Source: Planctomycetia bacterium
Lineage (GTDB): Bacteria > Planctomycetota > UBA1135 > UBA2386
Length of the DNA stretch: 47,377 nucleotides
Direction of reading: 5' to 3'
NCBI GenBank assembly: GCA_005776365.1
Contig: SXPK01000181.1
Span: 1-47,377 of the forward strand
The notes beneath the pieces are model-generated. The model did not search any database. It was not told the origin of the DNA and saw only the letters and a program-made list of their open reading frames with translations. This document shows, piece after piece, positions 26,086 to 34,736 of the stretch (position 1 is its first letter; each line of letters begins with the position of its first letter). The position numbers and the translations under genes were made by a program.

Positions 26086-28935
26086 ATGCTCCGCTCTATC
26101 CCTCAATTCGCGGGCGCCCTTATCGCGCTCGCTCTTTCTGCTTGCCTCCCTGCGCAAGCAGAGACCCAAATCGCGTTGCGCTTCGCGACATTCGATCCGC
26201 TGCTGGGAGAACCGCGCGTCAGCGACTTACTCACGGCAGCAATCGGCTCCCGGCTTCACATCGTTCAGTTCGCGGCCAAGCCGGATGAAGCTTCGCGACA
26301 GGCGGTGCGCGACGCTGGCGGTGAAATCGTCGGCTTCTTGCCGCACCGGGCCCACCTGGTGCGCATGGATGCTGCGATCGCCGCGCGCGTCGCCCGGCTT
26401 GCGAGCGTGCGTTGGGTCGGCGCCTACCACCCTGCGTATCGAATCGACCCGATGCTGCTGGCCAAGTTTGCGCAAACGAAGCAGCCCATTCTCTGCAACC
26501 TGGTCGTGGTCGACAAACGCTCCGACAAGCCCAAGCTGCTGCAACAACTGCGCGCACTCGGCATCGAGGTGACGCACGAACAGCCCGGCAGCCTGCTCGT
26601 GGAAGCGCGAATCCTCGGCGAGTCCCTGGCAGCCGTTGCTGGACTGGACGAAGTCGCATGGATCGACGAGTCGACGCCCATCGGCATCGACATGGACAAC
26701 GCCCGCAGCCAAGGTGGCGCCAACTACGTCGAGGCCGTCGCGGGCTATCGCGGTCAGGGCGTTCGCGGTCACGTTTACGAGGGCGTGCAGGACACGCATC
26801 CGGACTTCACCACGGCTCCGATTCCGATCATGAGCTGCGCGTCGCCAGACAATCACGGCCACGCCACCGCGGGCATCGTGTTCGGCAACGGCCAGAGCCA
26901 TGTGGGCGCCCGCGGCATGGCGCCGGAAGCAACGTCCTTCTACACGAACTACGCATGCGTGACCGGCGGCGCGTCGCGCTGGCAGGTCGTCGAGCAACTG
27001 ATCCGCACGCACGGAGTGATGTTCACGACCGCGTCATGGGGCAATGCGCTGACGACTTCCTACACGTCGATCACGGCGGACGCCGACGACATCGTCTTCG
27101 ATCACGGCATCGCTTGGACGCAGAGCCAGAGCAACAACGGCGACCGCCTGTCGCGTCCGCAGGCATGGGCCAAGAACGTGTTCTCGGTCGGCGGCGTGCG
27201 GCACTTCGACAACGTGGATCCGAGCGATGATTCGTGGAGCGGTGGCGGCAGCATCGGCCCGGCGACAGACGGTCGCATCAAGCCCGATCTGTGCTCCTAC
27301 TTCGACTCGGTTCGCTGCTCCGACCGCACGGGCATCGACGGCTACGATCCCGGCGACAGCACGGCGACCTTTGGCGGCACGTCAGCGGCAACGCCGATCG
27401 TCGCGGGCCACAACGCGATTGCGATCCAGATGTTCACTGACGGCCAGTTCGGGCCAGTGCGGGTTCCAGGAGGCACGCGTTTCCAGAACCGGCCGGAGTT
27501 CACCACGTTGAAGGCGCTTCAGGTCGCTTGCGCCAGTCCCTATGCGTTCACGGCCGCGAGCACCGACAACCGCCGCGAGCATCAAGGCTGGGGTCACCCC
27601 AACCTCCGCGCGATGTGGGACGACCGCGGCTTGATGCACATCGTCGATGAAGCGAAGCCGCTGCAGCAAGGCGAAGCGGTTCGCTATCTCGTTCAGGTCC
27701 AGCCAGGCCGCAACGAACTCAAGATCGCGATGACGTTCGCGGATCCAGCTGCCAACCCAGCCGCTGCGATCGCGCGCGTCAACGACCTCACGCTGCGCGT
27801 GATCGCGCCTGATGGCTCGGTCTATTGGGGCAACCACGGCCTCAAGTCGGGCAACGTGTCGCAGACCGGCGGCACTGGGGACGCAGTGGACACGATGGAA
27901 TGCGTGTTCGTGCCGCAGCCGATGGAAGGCGTGTGGAGCGTCGACGTAGTGGCCGCTCTCGTCATCGTCGACTCACACCCTGTGACTCCGGCGTTCGACG
28001 CAGACTTTGGACTCGTAGTCCGCGGCGCCACCTCGATCGGAAGCGGCAACCCGGGCACGGCCTCGGCCTACGGCAGCGGTTGCGCGGGCTCCACGCCTGG
28101 CCTCCCCGTGTCGTGCCTCACCCTCAACGACACATCGTCGAAGGCCAGCGTCGCCTTGCGACCTTCAGCGATCTACGCGTTCGAAATCACGGCGCCGACA
28201 ACGCTCGACGTCGTGGGCTTTGAGATCTACGCCCAGTCGACGACCGGGGCGATCCAGACTGCGCCGGCGCACATCTACTCTGCCGGACCCAATGGCGGAC
28301 CTGACTCGGAACTCGCTACCGGGCAGATCGCCTTCACACCAGGCGCGGATTGGACCCGTGCGACAGTCTCGCCGGTGACGATCTCCGCAGGGTCGACCTT
28401 CTATGTCGGCTTCAACAGCCTGGCTGTGCCGCCAACGGCCTACGACGCTTCGATCGGCGGAATCGACGTCGCTTACCATCGCTTCGAAGCCGGCGCATGG
28501 AGCGTACGGACCACAGGGCGCTTCGAATGGTGCATCCGCGTCATCTGCAGACCGGCGCACTCGCTCGTGCCCCAGTTGCGGGCCCTGGGAGTCACCGACG
28601 CAGGGCAATCGTTTGAACTCGCCATGACCGACGCGTTGTCGCTGTCGTTCGGCGGCATCGCCATCGGCATCTCTCGAACCAGCATGGGCTCCCTGCCGCT
28701 GCCGCTGCCGCTCGACGCGGTCGGCGCACCCGGATGCTCGATCCTCGCGGATCAGATCGTGGTCCGCACTGGATTCGTCGATGCAGCAGGGTCGTTCAAG
28801 CTGCCGCTCGCGATCCCGAACGATCCATGGTTCATCGGTTGGAACCTCTACCACCAAGGCGTCGTGTTGGATCTCACGGCCAACCTGCTCGGATTCGTGC
28901 TGACGAACGGCATCGCGGTGCAGATCGGCGGTTGA
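26086..28935 (+). CDS. Subtilisin/kexin-like S8 serine peptidase with N-terminal propeptide, P-domain-like region, extra beta-rich domain and the C-terminal shared module
   Basis: Signal peptide MLRSIPQFAGALIALALSACLPAQA. His motif NHGHATAGIV, kexin-type ASWG and Ser motif GGTSAATPIVAG. P-domain-like NDLTLRVIAPDGSVYWG..DTMECVFV..GVWSVDV. The Asp-motif position reads VYEGVQDTHPDF (see findings). Confidence 0.85.
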   Translation: MLRSIPQFAGALIALALSACLPAQAETQIALRFATFDPLLGEPRVSDLLTAAIGSRLHIVQFAAKPDEASRQAVRDAGGEIVGFLPHRAHLVRMDAAIAARVARLASVRWVGAYHPAYRIDPMLLAKFAQTKQPILCNLVVVDKRSDKPKLLQQLRALGIEVTHEQPGSLLVEARILGESLAAVAGLDEVAWIDESTPIGIDMDNARSQGGANYVEAVAGYRGQGVRGHVYEGVQDTHPDFTTAPIPIMSCASPDNHGHATAGIVFGNGQSHVGARGMAPEATSFYTNYACVTGGASRWQVVEQLIRTHGVMFTTASWGNALTTSYTSITADADDIVFDHGIAWTQSQSNNGDRLSRPQAWAKNVFSVGGVRHFDNVDPSDDSWSGGGSIGPATDGRIKPDLCSYFDSVRCSDRTGIDGYDPGDSTATFGGTSAATPIVAGHNAIAIQMFTDGQFGPVRVPGGTRFQNRPEFTTLKALQVACASPYAFTAASTDNRREHQGWGHPNLRAMWDDRGLMHIVDEAKPLQQGEAVRYLVQVQPGRNELKIAMTFADPAANPAAAIARVNDLTLRVIAPDGSVYWGNHGLKSGNVSQTGGTGDAVDTMECVFVPQPMEGVWSVDVVAALVIVDSHPVTPAFDADFGLVVRGATSIGSGNPGTASAYGSGCAGSTPGLPVSCLTLNDTSSKASVALRPSAIYAFEITAPTTLDVVGFEIYAQSTTGAIQTAPAHIYSAGPNGGPDSELATGQIAFTPGADWTRATVSPVTISAGSTFYVGFNSLAVPPTAYDASIGGIDVAYHRFEAGAWSVRTTGRFEWCIRVICRPAHSLVPQLRALGVTDAGQSFELAMTDALSLSFGGIAIGISRTSMGSLPLPLPLDAVGAPGCSILADQIVVRTGFVDAAGSFKLPLAIPNDPWFIGWNLYHQGVVLDLTANLLGFVLTNGIAVQIGG

Positions 28936-28973
28936 TGGCCACTGAGTGACGCTTCCTGCCGAGCGGGCCCCGT

Positions 28974-29972
28974 CTAGACCGCACGCCGCAGCAGCAAGCA
29001 AACGAGCCACACACCGGCGGCTAGCGCGAGCAGCGGCGCGAAGCGATCCGCCGGCGCGAGGTCGCCGCGTGCGACGGCGCCCGACTCGATTCCGTCGGCG
29101 ATCGAGCCGCGACGCAGTTGGAGCAACGTGTCCTGCTCGCCACCAAGGACGGCCTCGAACGACCCGCCACCTGCCGCCGCAAGCGCCTCGAGGGTTGCGT
29201 GATCCGGCGCAGTCTCGACCAGCAATCCCTTGGCGTCGCGCAAGTAGTCCTCGCGGCCTTGCTCGACCACCGGAATGCGCGCGCCCCGTTCGGTGCCGAT
29301 CGCGACGACATGCACAGCGATTCCTGACGCACGCATGTGCTGCGCGGCAGCAAGCCCTCGGCCGTCACGATCCTCGCCGTCCGTCAATACGACAACCGCG
29401 CCGCCTTCTGTGCCGACGAGGGCCAATGCGGCGGCATCGAGCGCCGCGGCGAGGTCCATTCCACCCTTGGCGACATCAAGTTCGTCCGCCGCCGCCCCGA
29501 TCTGGTTCAGCGTGACGAGGTCCGTCGTCAGCGGCACCCGCACCATCGCCTCGCCGGCGAACAACACCAGCGCCGCGCGGTCGCCCACGGACTCGGCGCA
29601 GAAGCGGTGCAACATCCTGCGCGCCACGGTCGCACGATCCGGGGCAACATCGCGGGCGCGCATCGAACGCGAAACATCAAGGCAGATCACAAGGTCGGCG
29701 CCGCTCTCACCCGAGCGTCGCACCATCTCGCCCCACTGCGGCCGTGCGAGCGCGAGCGCGAGCAGGGCAACCCCCACCGCTCCGGCAACTCGCCCGTTGC
29801 GCATCTGCTTCGGGGCGGGCAGCGGCGACGACAACCGCTCGCGCCGCGCACCGATCCAATCGACGACCGCCCCCGCGCCCTGGCTGGTGCGCATTGCGTC
29901 GACCCACAACCATGCAGGCACGAGCGCGAGCAGCCCGAGCCAGAAAGGGTCCGCGAAAGCGAACGCGATCAC
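28974..29972 (-). CDS. batB: BatB-like von Willebrand factor A (VWA) domain membrane protein
   Basis: I chose the GTG start at 29972, which forms a GTGA overlap with the batA stop (332 aa). N-terminus FADPFWLGLLALVPAWLW, MIDAS motif LDVSRSM and a C-terminal TM (FAPLLALAAGVWLVCLLL). Confidence 0.75.
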   Translation of the reverse strand: MIAFAFADPFWLGLLALVPAWLWVDAMRTSQGAGAVVDWIGARRERLSSPLPAPKQMRNGRVAGAVGVALLALALARPQWGEMVRRSGESGADLVICLDVSRSMRARDVAPDRATVARRMLHRFCAESVGDRAALVLFAGEAMVRVPLTTDLVTLNQIGAAADELDVAKGGMDLAAALDAAALALVGTEGGAVVVLTDGEDRDGRGLAAAQHMRASGIAVHVVAIGTERGARIPVVEQGREDYLRDAKGLLVETAPDHATLEALAAAGGGSFEAVLGGEQDTLLQLRRGSIADGIESGAVARGDLAPADRFAPLLALAAGVWLVCLLLRRAV

Positions 29973-30940
29973 GGCTGCGCCTCCAGTCCAACGCGTCGCA
30001 GCGCCGGGGCCAGGAGCCAAGCGAGCAAGGCGAAGAGCGCGAAGCCGCCAAATCGCTCCTCGAAGTCCGCCTCGACTTCTTCGATCGCAGATGCCTCGAG
30101 TCGCGCGATCTCCGCCCACACGCGTGATAGCGACGCCGCGTCCACGACGCGAAAGTAGGCGCCGCCAGTTCGCTGCGTGAGTTGCTCCACCTGCGACGAC
30201 GGCGCGTCGCTCGCGACATCGTTGCCCACCGCGAGAGCGTGCACGCGGACTCCGTGCTGATTTGCCAACTGCGCAGCCTGCAACGGCCCGACCTCGTCGG
30301 GCGTCCCGCTCGCCGCGACGTTCTCCTCACCGTCGGTCACCAGCACGACCACGCGCGCGGACTGCGGCGATGCACTGAGCATCTGCACACAGCGCGCTAC
30401 CGCAGCGCCGATGCCCGTGGCGTCCTCGGGTCCATCGCGCTCAACCAACGCGACGCCCGCAAGCATTTGCAGCAAGGCGGCATGATCGCGCGTTGGCGGA
30501 CACACGACATCGACGTAGCGCGAGAACCGCACCAGACCGACTCGATCCTCGGGTCGACCGCCGACGAACAGGGCCGCGGCGGCCTTCGCGGCGGCGAGAC
30601 GGTTGCTACGACCATCGAGATCGGTCGCGGCCATCGACGAGGAGACGTCGACGCAGAGCGCGAGATCGACGCCGACCTTCTTGGCTGCGCGCACGACACG
30701 GGTCGTCGGTTGCGCCAGCGCGATGCAGACGCAGGCAACTGCTGCGAGTTCGAGCGCCGAGGGCAACCACAAGAGTCGCGTCCGCCACGTCGCCGGCAGC
30801 GGCGATCGGGCGAGCAAGCACGACGGTTGGAAATCGACAGCGCGCGGGACGGACCTACGACGCAGCGCCCTTGCGATGACGACCGCTGGCACGATTGCTG
30901 ACAGCAGCAGGAGCCAAGGTTCGCGGAATGACAGGCCCAT
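29969..30940 (-). CDS. batA: BatA-like VWA domain membrane protein
   Basis: I chose the start at MGLSFREPWLLLLSAIVPAVV (ATG 30940, 323 aa), overlapping the upstream stop by 1 nt. MIDAS motif CVDVSSSM and a C-terminal TM (FGGFALFALLAWLLAP). The 542-aa ORF extension upstream overlaps the preceding gene. Confidence 0.75.
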   Translation of the reverse strand: MGLSFREPWLLLLSAIVPAVVIARALRRRSVPRAVDFQPSCLLARSPLPATWRTRLLWLPSALELAAVACVCIALAQPTTRVVRAAKKVGVDLALCVDVSSSMAATDLDGRSNRLAAAKAAAALFVGGRPEDRVGLVRFSRYVDVVCPPTRDHAALLQMLAGVALVERDGPEDATGIGAAVARCVQMLSASPQSARVVVLVTDGEENVAASGTPDEVGPLQAAQLANQHGVRVHALAVGNDVASDAPSSQVEQLTQRTGGAYFRVVDAASLSRVWAEIARLEASAIEEVEADFEERFGGFALFALLAWLLAPALRRVGLEAQP

Positions 30941-31884
30941 CACGATGCGGCCTCCACGAACTCGCGCGCGGCGGCGATCGCGCGCAAGCGTTGCTCGGCG
31001 CCAAGGCTCATGCGCGCAAACTTCACGAGGTCGCACGGCAGCAGCGCGGCGGCGGCGCGCTCGGCGGCCTTCACGTGCTCCTGCTGTCGCAATGACCCGG
31101 CGATCTCCTCGGTCGTCAGCGTGTCGGCGCGCAGCCGAAGCCGCAAGCGCGCGTAACCGCGGACTGCGAGCGCCAGGCGCTCGGCGAATTCGCCGTCGCT
31201 CGAAGGCCGCGACTCCAAGTCGACGAAGGCAGCGAACGCGTCCGCGCGCAGGTCGCGTGCCGGCTCCAGGTTGGTGGCGGGCAATGGCGCAGACTCCGAG
31301 CGACGAGAACGCGATTGCAGCGCAAACGCCACCAGCGCAAGCACTGCGAAGGCGGCCAACGCGACCGGGACTTCCCAACCGTCTGCCACCTGCGGTCGCG
31401 CCAAATCCATGGGCTGCTCCACGGCGAGGTCGTCGACGCCCGCGAGCGACGAGCGCACCCGCACGGTGAGCGGTTCGCTGGTTGCTTCTTCCGGCGCGCC
31501 ACCGTTCTCCGGCACCGCGATCAGTCGGAGTGGCCCGATCGTGACGCTCTCGTGCGCAAAGACCTGCGCGCGGAAGAGCCTCGTCTCGATGACGCATCCG
31601 CCGCGCTCGATTCTCGACGACTCGGTCGGTTCGAGGACGAGCGGAGAAAGCGCGCGCAAGTCACAGGCCGAGGGCCGCATCCCACGGCGCCACGAACGCT
31701 CAACTCGCAACGGGAACGGCTGGCCGAAGTCCACCTCGGGCTTCGCCGTCTCGCCGCCAAAAGGGGAACCCACCACCACTGCGACGCGCGTTCCACCGAC
31801 CATGCTCGCCTCGTCCTCGACGCATGCGGACGCGATCACGCCCATCGCGGCGACGCCCACAAGGGCGAGACGGAACAAACTCAT
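30940..31884 (-). CDS. Bat-operon membrane protein (Ig-like N-terminal region, one TM, DUF4381-like C-terminal region)
   Basis: 314 aa. Signal/lipoprotein-like MSLFRLALVGVAAMGVIASAC, a central TM (VPVALAAFAVLALVAFAL) and a tail (..TTEEIAGSL..LLPCDLVKFA) that resembles DUF4381. Its position is between the DUF58 gene and batA. Confidence 0.5.
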   Translation of the reverse strand: MSLFRLALVGVAAMGVIASACVEDEASMVGGTRVAVVVGSPFGGETAKPEVDFGQPFPLRVERSWRRGMRPSACDLRALSPLVLEPTESSRIERGGCVIETRLFRAQVFAHESVTIGPLRLIAVPENGGAPEEATSEPLTVRVRSSLAGVDDLAVEQPMDLARPQVADGWEVPVALAAFAVLALVAFALQSRSRRSESAPLPATNLEPARDLRADAFAAFVDLESRPSSDGEFAERLALAVRGYARLRLRLRADTLTTEEIAGSLRQQEHVKAAERAAAALLPCDLVKFARMSLGAEQRLRAIAAAREFVEAAS

Positions 31885-32837
31885 CGCTTGGCTCCACGCA
31901 ACTGCCGCATGCGGAAGAAGTCGAGAATCGGCCTGCTGACCGCGTCGGCGTCGCGGCGCATCGGCACCGCTACGTCGATCACGTCAACGCCGCATCGCGC
32001 GAACTCCGCGTCGAGTCGCGCTCGCCATGCTCCGACACGTTGCAACCATGCGTCGCGCACGCGTGCGCTCGAGAAATCCGCCAGCGTCGTCCGGCCCGAC
32101 TCCGGATCACGTAGCCGCACGAGGCCTCGCTCAGGCGGGAACAGGTCTGGCGACGCGATGCGCACCGCGACGACGTCGTGCCGAAGGGCGCAGCGAGCCA
32201 TTGCCTTGCCGACCGTCGGGCCCAGAAAATCCGAGACGACGAAGACGACCGCGCGGCGACGCAAGGTCCGTGAAGCGAGCGTGAGCGCCGCCTCGGCGCC
32301 ATCGCATGATTCGTCGGGATCCGACACGGGAGCTGCGTCATCCGTTGCCACCAACCCGTCACGCACGATGCGCAGCGCATGGCCGATGCCCTTCTGCGCC
32401 GGCACGAAGCCAAGCACGTCGCGCTTGCCAAACGTCACGAGCCCGACTTTGTCATGGTTGCGAACCGCGGCGAACGCCATGCACGCGCACAGCCTCACGG
32501 CCATCTGTCGTGCGGACCACGCGCCGAAGCCGCAGCGCATCGAGGCCGAGGCGTCGAGCAGGAACACGACGGTCTGCTCGCGCTCGTCGACGTACTTCTT
32601 CACGAACGGCTTGCCGGCACGCGCCGTGACCTTCCAGTCGATCGACCGCGGGTCGTCGCCTTCGACGAACTCGCGCACTTCATCGAACTCGAGCCCAGCG
32701 CCGCGGAACACCGACGCGTAGCCACCGGCCATCACGCTGCGCACCAGCCGGTTGCTTTGCACTTCGATGCGCCGCACCTCCGCCAGCACTTCGGCGAGGT
32801 CTTCTCGGTCTGGCGTCGTCGTCACGTTGCGGATCAA
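31881..32837 (-). CDS. DUF58 domain protein (MoxR-associated VWA-like)
   Basis: GLEFDEVREFVEGDDPRSIDWKVTARAGKPFVKKYVDEREQTVVFLLDASASM is the canonical DUF58 signature. 4-nt overlap with the next gene. Confidence 0.85.
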   Translation of the reverse strand: MIRNVTTTPDREDLAEVLAEVRRIEVQSNRLVRSVMAGGYASVFRGAGLEFDEVREFVEGDDPRSIDWKVTARAGKPFVKKYVDEREQTVVFLLDASASMRCGFGAWSARQMAVRLCACMAFAAVRNHDKVGLVTFGKRDVLGFVPAQKGIGHALRIVRDGLVATDDAAPVSDPDESCDGAEAALTLASRTLRRRAVVFVVSDFLGPTVGKAMARCALRHDVVAVRIASPDLFPPERGLVRLRDPESGRTTLADFSSARVRDAWLQRVGAWRARLDAEFARCGVDVIDVAVPMRRDADAVSRPILDFFRMRQLRGAKR

Positions 32838-32973
32838 AGGGTCACGGCCTTGCCGCGAACGGGAGGGGTCCGGAGCAGACGCGGAGGATAGGGGCCGATG
32901 GCCGCCGCTCCAGTGCGCGGCTGTTACGACGAAACTACTTGCGGGTAGGACCGTGCTCGCCTTCAGCCCGCCT

Positions 32974-34443
32974 TCACCAGCGATACCGCACGCGATAGGT
33001 CACGACCTGCTCGCCACCGGGCGGCACCTGGAGGCGATACTCGATCGTCTGCGCGTCGGTCTTGATGAAGTCGTGCGACTTCTGGACGACTTCGAAGTTG
33101 GACCAGCGGTAGAGGTGCTCGACGACTCGGACCTCGACCACTTCGGATTCCTTGCGGTTGCGCACGCGAATCTCGAACGACTCCTCCATCTGCTTCCTGT
33201 TGTCGTCGTGCTGGTAATCAATGCGCCGGCGCTCGCCCACGAGATCAAACGAGTCACCCGTGTAGATGCGCAGGCGCTCGTCCTTCGCCGTGTGTTCGAT
33301 CCGGTTCTCGCCCGTGAACTCGATGCGCCCATCCGCGTCGTCGCGGCGATAGAAGCGGACCTTGCCCATGGGCAGCGGGATACCGAGCGAGTTTTCCTTG
33401 GTGTTGACGAACTCGCGCATCACCCAGACTTTGCCATTCGACTGCGTTCCGTAGTCGGGCTGACTTCGGATCATCTCCATGGTCCAGCCGTGCATCCCCT
33501 GGATCGCCGCACCGTCGTACACGTAGAGCGTCTTTGCCTTCACGCTTTGGGCGCGGACGAACTCAACCTGCTTCCGCTCGCGATCGCGCAACGTCGTCGG
33601 CAGCGGCAGCGAGTAGAGATGGAACTCGTCGAATGCTTTTTCCGTGACCTGCGATGCTCGCAGCCCGCGCGCCACGCCGAGGTGGAACGCATCGGCGCCG
33701 CCGGTCGGCATGCCGACCGGCTGGAGTTTGTGCACGTCGCCAGCCATCAGCTTGATCGCCGCGTCGCGAAACGTCACGCCAGACTGATTGTCGATCGTGA
33801 CCCAGCCAACGAGATCGAGCGTGTCGCCCTTCTCCGGCATCACGAGGTTGTAGGTGGACTCCCACCCCATTCCGCCGGTCACGTATCCAAGCTCCGCCTC
33901 GAACTTGGCGGCCTCTGGCGCCTGGATTCTCCACTGCAAGGTCGGCATTAGGATCGAGTCGTCCGCGAGCGCATCGAAAACCGGCTGTCCAGGCAGCGAA
34001 AAACGCAGCTTGCCAGCGACTTCGACGATCGGCGCGCCACTGCCGTCGCCACCGCGCTGAAAGCCGGAGCGGATGATCTTGCCGCGCACGACAGACTCCT
34101 TGGCGTCGCGATCGTATTGCAGGAAGGCGATCTCCTTGCCTTCGTGCAGTTCGAGCAACAGGCCCTGTGACACAGTGTCGGCGCGGTAACTCTGCTCGAG
34201 GATTGCAAACTGCACGGCACCGGCGCGATCGCGGAGGACCACGGAGTCGGCTTCCACCTGCGTCGTGACGCCCGAGAACTGCGCACGGTTGACGCCAGGC
34301 TGCAGGTCCAACATCAGACGCTCGCGCACGACCGCAAAGCGCTGGTTGTAGATCGTGAGCGCCGGTTGCTGCGCAGCGGCGACGGCTGCGCTTCCGGCAA
34401 GGGATAGAACGGCGATGAAGTTAGGGTTCATGAGGGTTGGCAA
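32974..34443 (-). CDS. DUF4139 domain protein (MuiA-like), exported
   Basis: Signal peptide NFIAVLSLAGSAAVAAAQ. LTIYNQRFAVVRERL.., ..WESTYNLVM..LVGWVTIDNQSGVTF and the C-terminal VTYRVRYRW fit the DUF4139 architecture. Confidence 0.75.
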   Translation of the reverse strand: MPTLMNPNFIAVLSLAGSAAVAAAQQPALTIYNQRFAVVRERLMLDLQPGVNRAQFSGVTTQVEADSVVLRDRAGAVQFAILEQSYRADTVSQGLLLELHEGKEIAFLQYDRDAKESVVRGKIIRSGFQRGGDGSGAPIVEVAGKLRFSLPGQPVFDALADDSILMPTLQWRIQAPEAAKFEAELGYVTGGMGWESTYNLVMPEKGDTLDLVGWVTIDNQSGVTFRDAAIKLMAGDVHKLQPVGMPTGGADAFHLGVARGLRASQVTEKAFDEFHLYSLPLPTTLRDRERKQVEFVRAQSVKAKTLYVYDGAAIQGMHGWTMEMIRSQPDYGTQSNGKVWVMREFVNTKENSLGIPLPMGKVRFYRRDDADGRIEFTGENRIEHTAKDERLRIYTGDSFDLVGERRRIDYQHDDNRKQMEESFEIRVRNRKESEVVEVRVVEHLYRWSNFEVVQKSHDFIKTDAQTIEYRLQVPPGGEQVVTYRVRYRW

Positions 34444-34736
34444 GAACGAGGTGGAAACGAACCGGTTCCGACCCGCGCATTGGGCAGCGAGGCAGATTCA
34501 GGTGTCCGTTACTTCGTCAGGCTTCGCAAGGCACGTTCCTCGTCGTGAACGCATTCCTCAATGCGTAGACCCGCAGACTCGATGGCCACCGTGACGGTCG
34601 AGTTGCTACGCGAATGCAACGACAAGGGTCGAGTCACGTGTGGATGAGCCGACTGCAACACGCATGCGACGAAATCCCCCTGCGCACGGCGCGGCCGACG
34701 CGCGTATCCTGCGCCACCCCTTGGAACCCACCTGAC

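Noticed and set aside
30941-31597. N-terminal 219-aa extension of the batA ORF (542-aa version)
   Set aside because: It overlaps the DUF4381-like gene in another frame and is Arg/Ala/Gly-rich. The internal Met gives the canonical BatA N-terminus (MGLSFREPWLLLL) and a 1-nt stop/start overlap.
31315-32721. 468-aa plus-strand ORF across the DUF58 and DUF4381-like genes
   Set aside because: It is a Ser/Arg/Ala/Thr-rich low-complexity antisense frame. DUF58 on the other strand is unambiguous.
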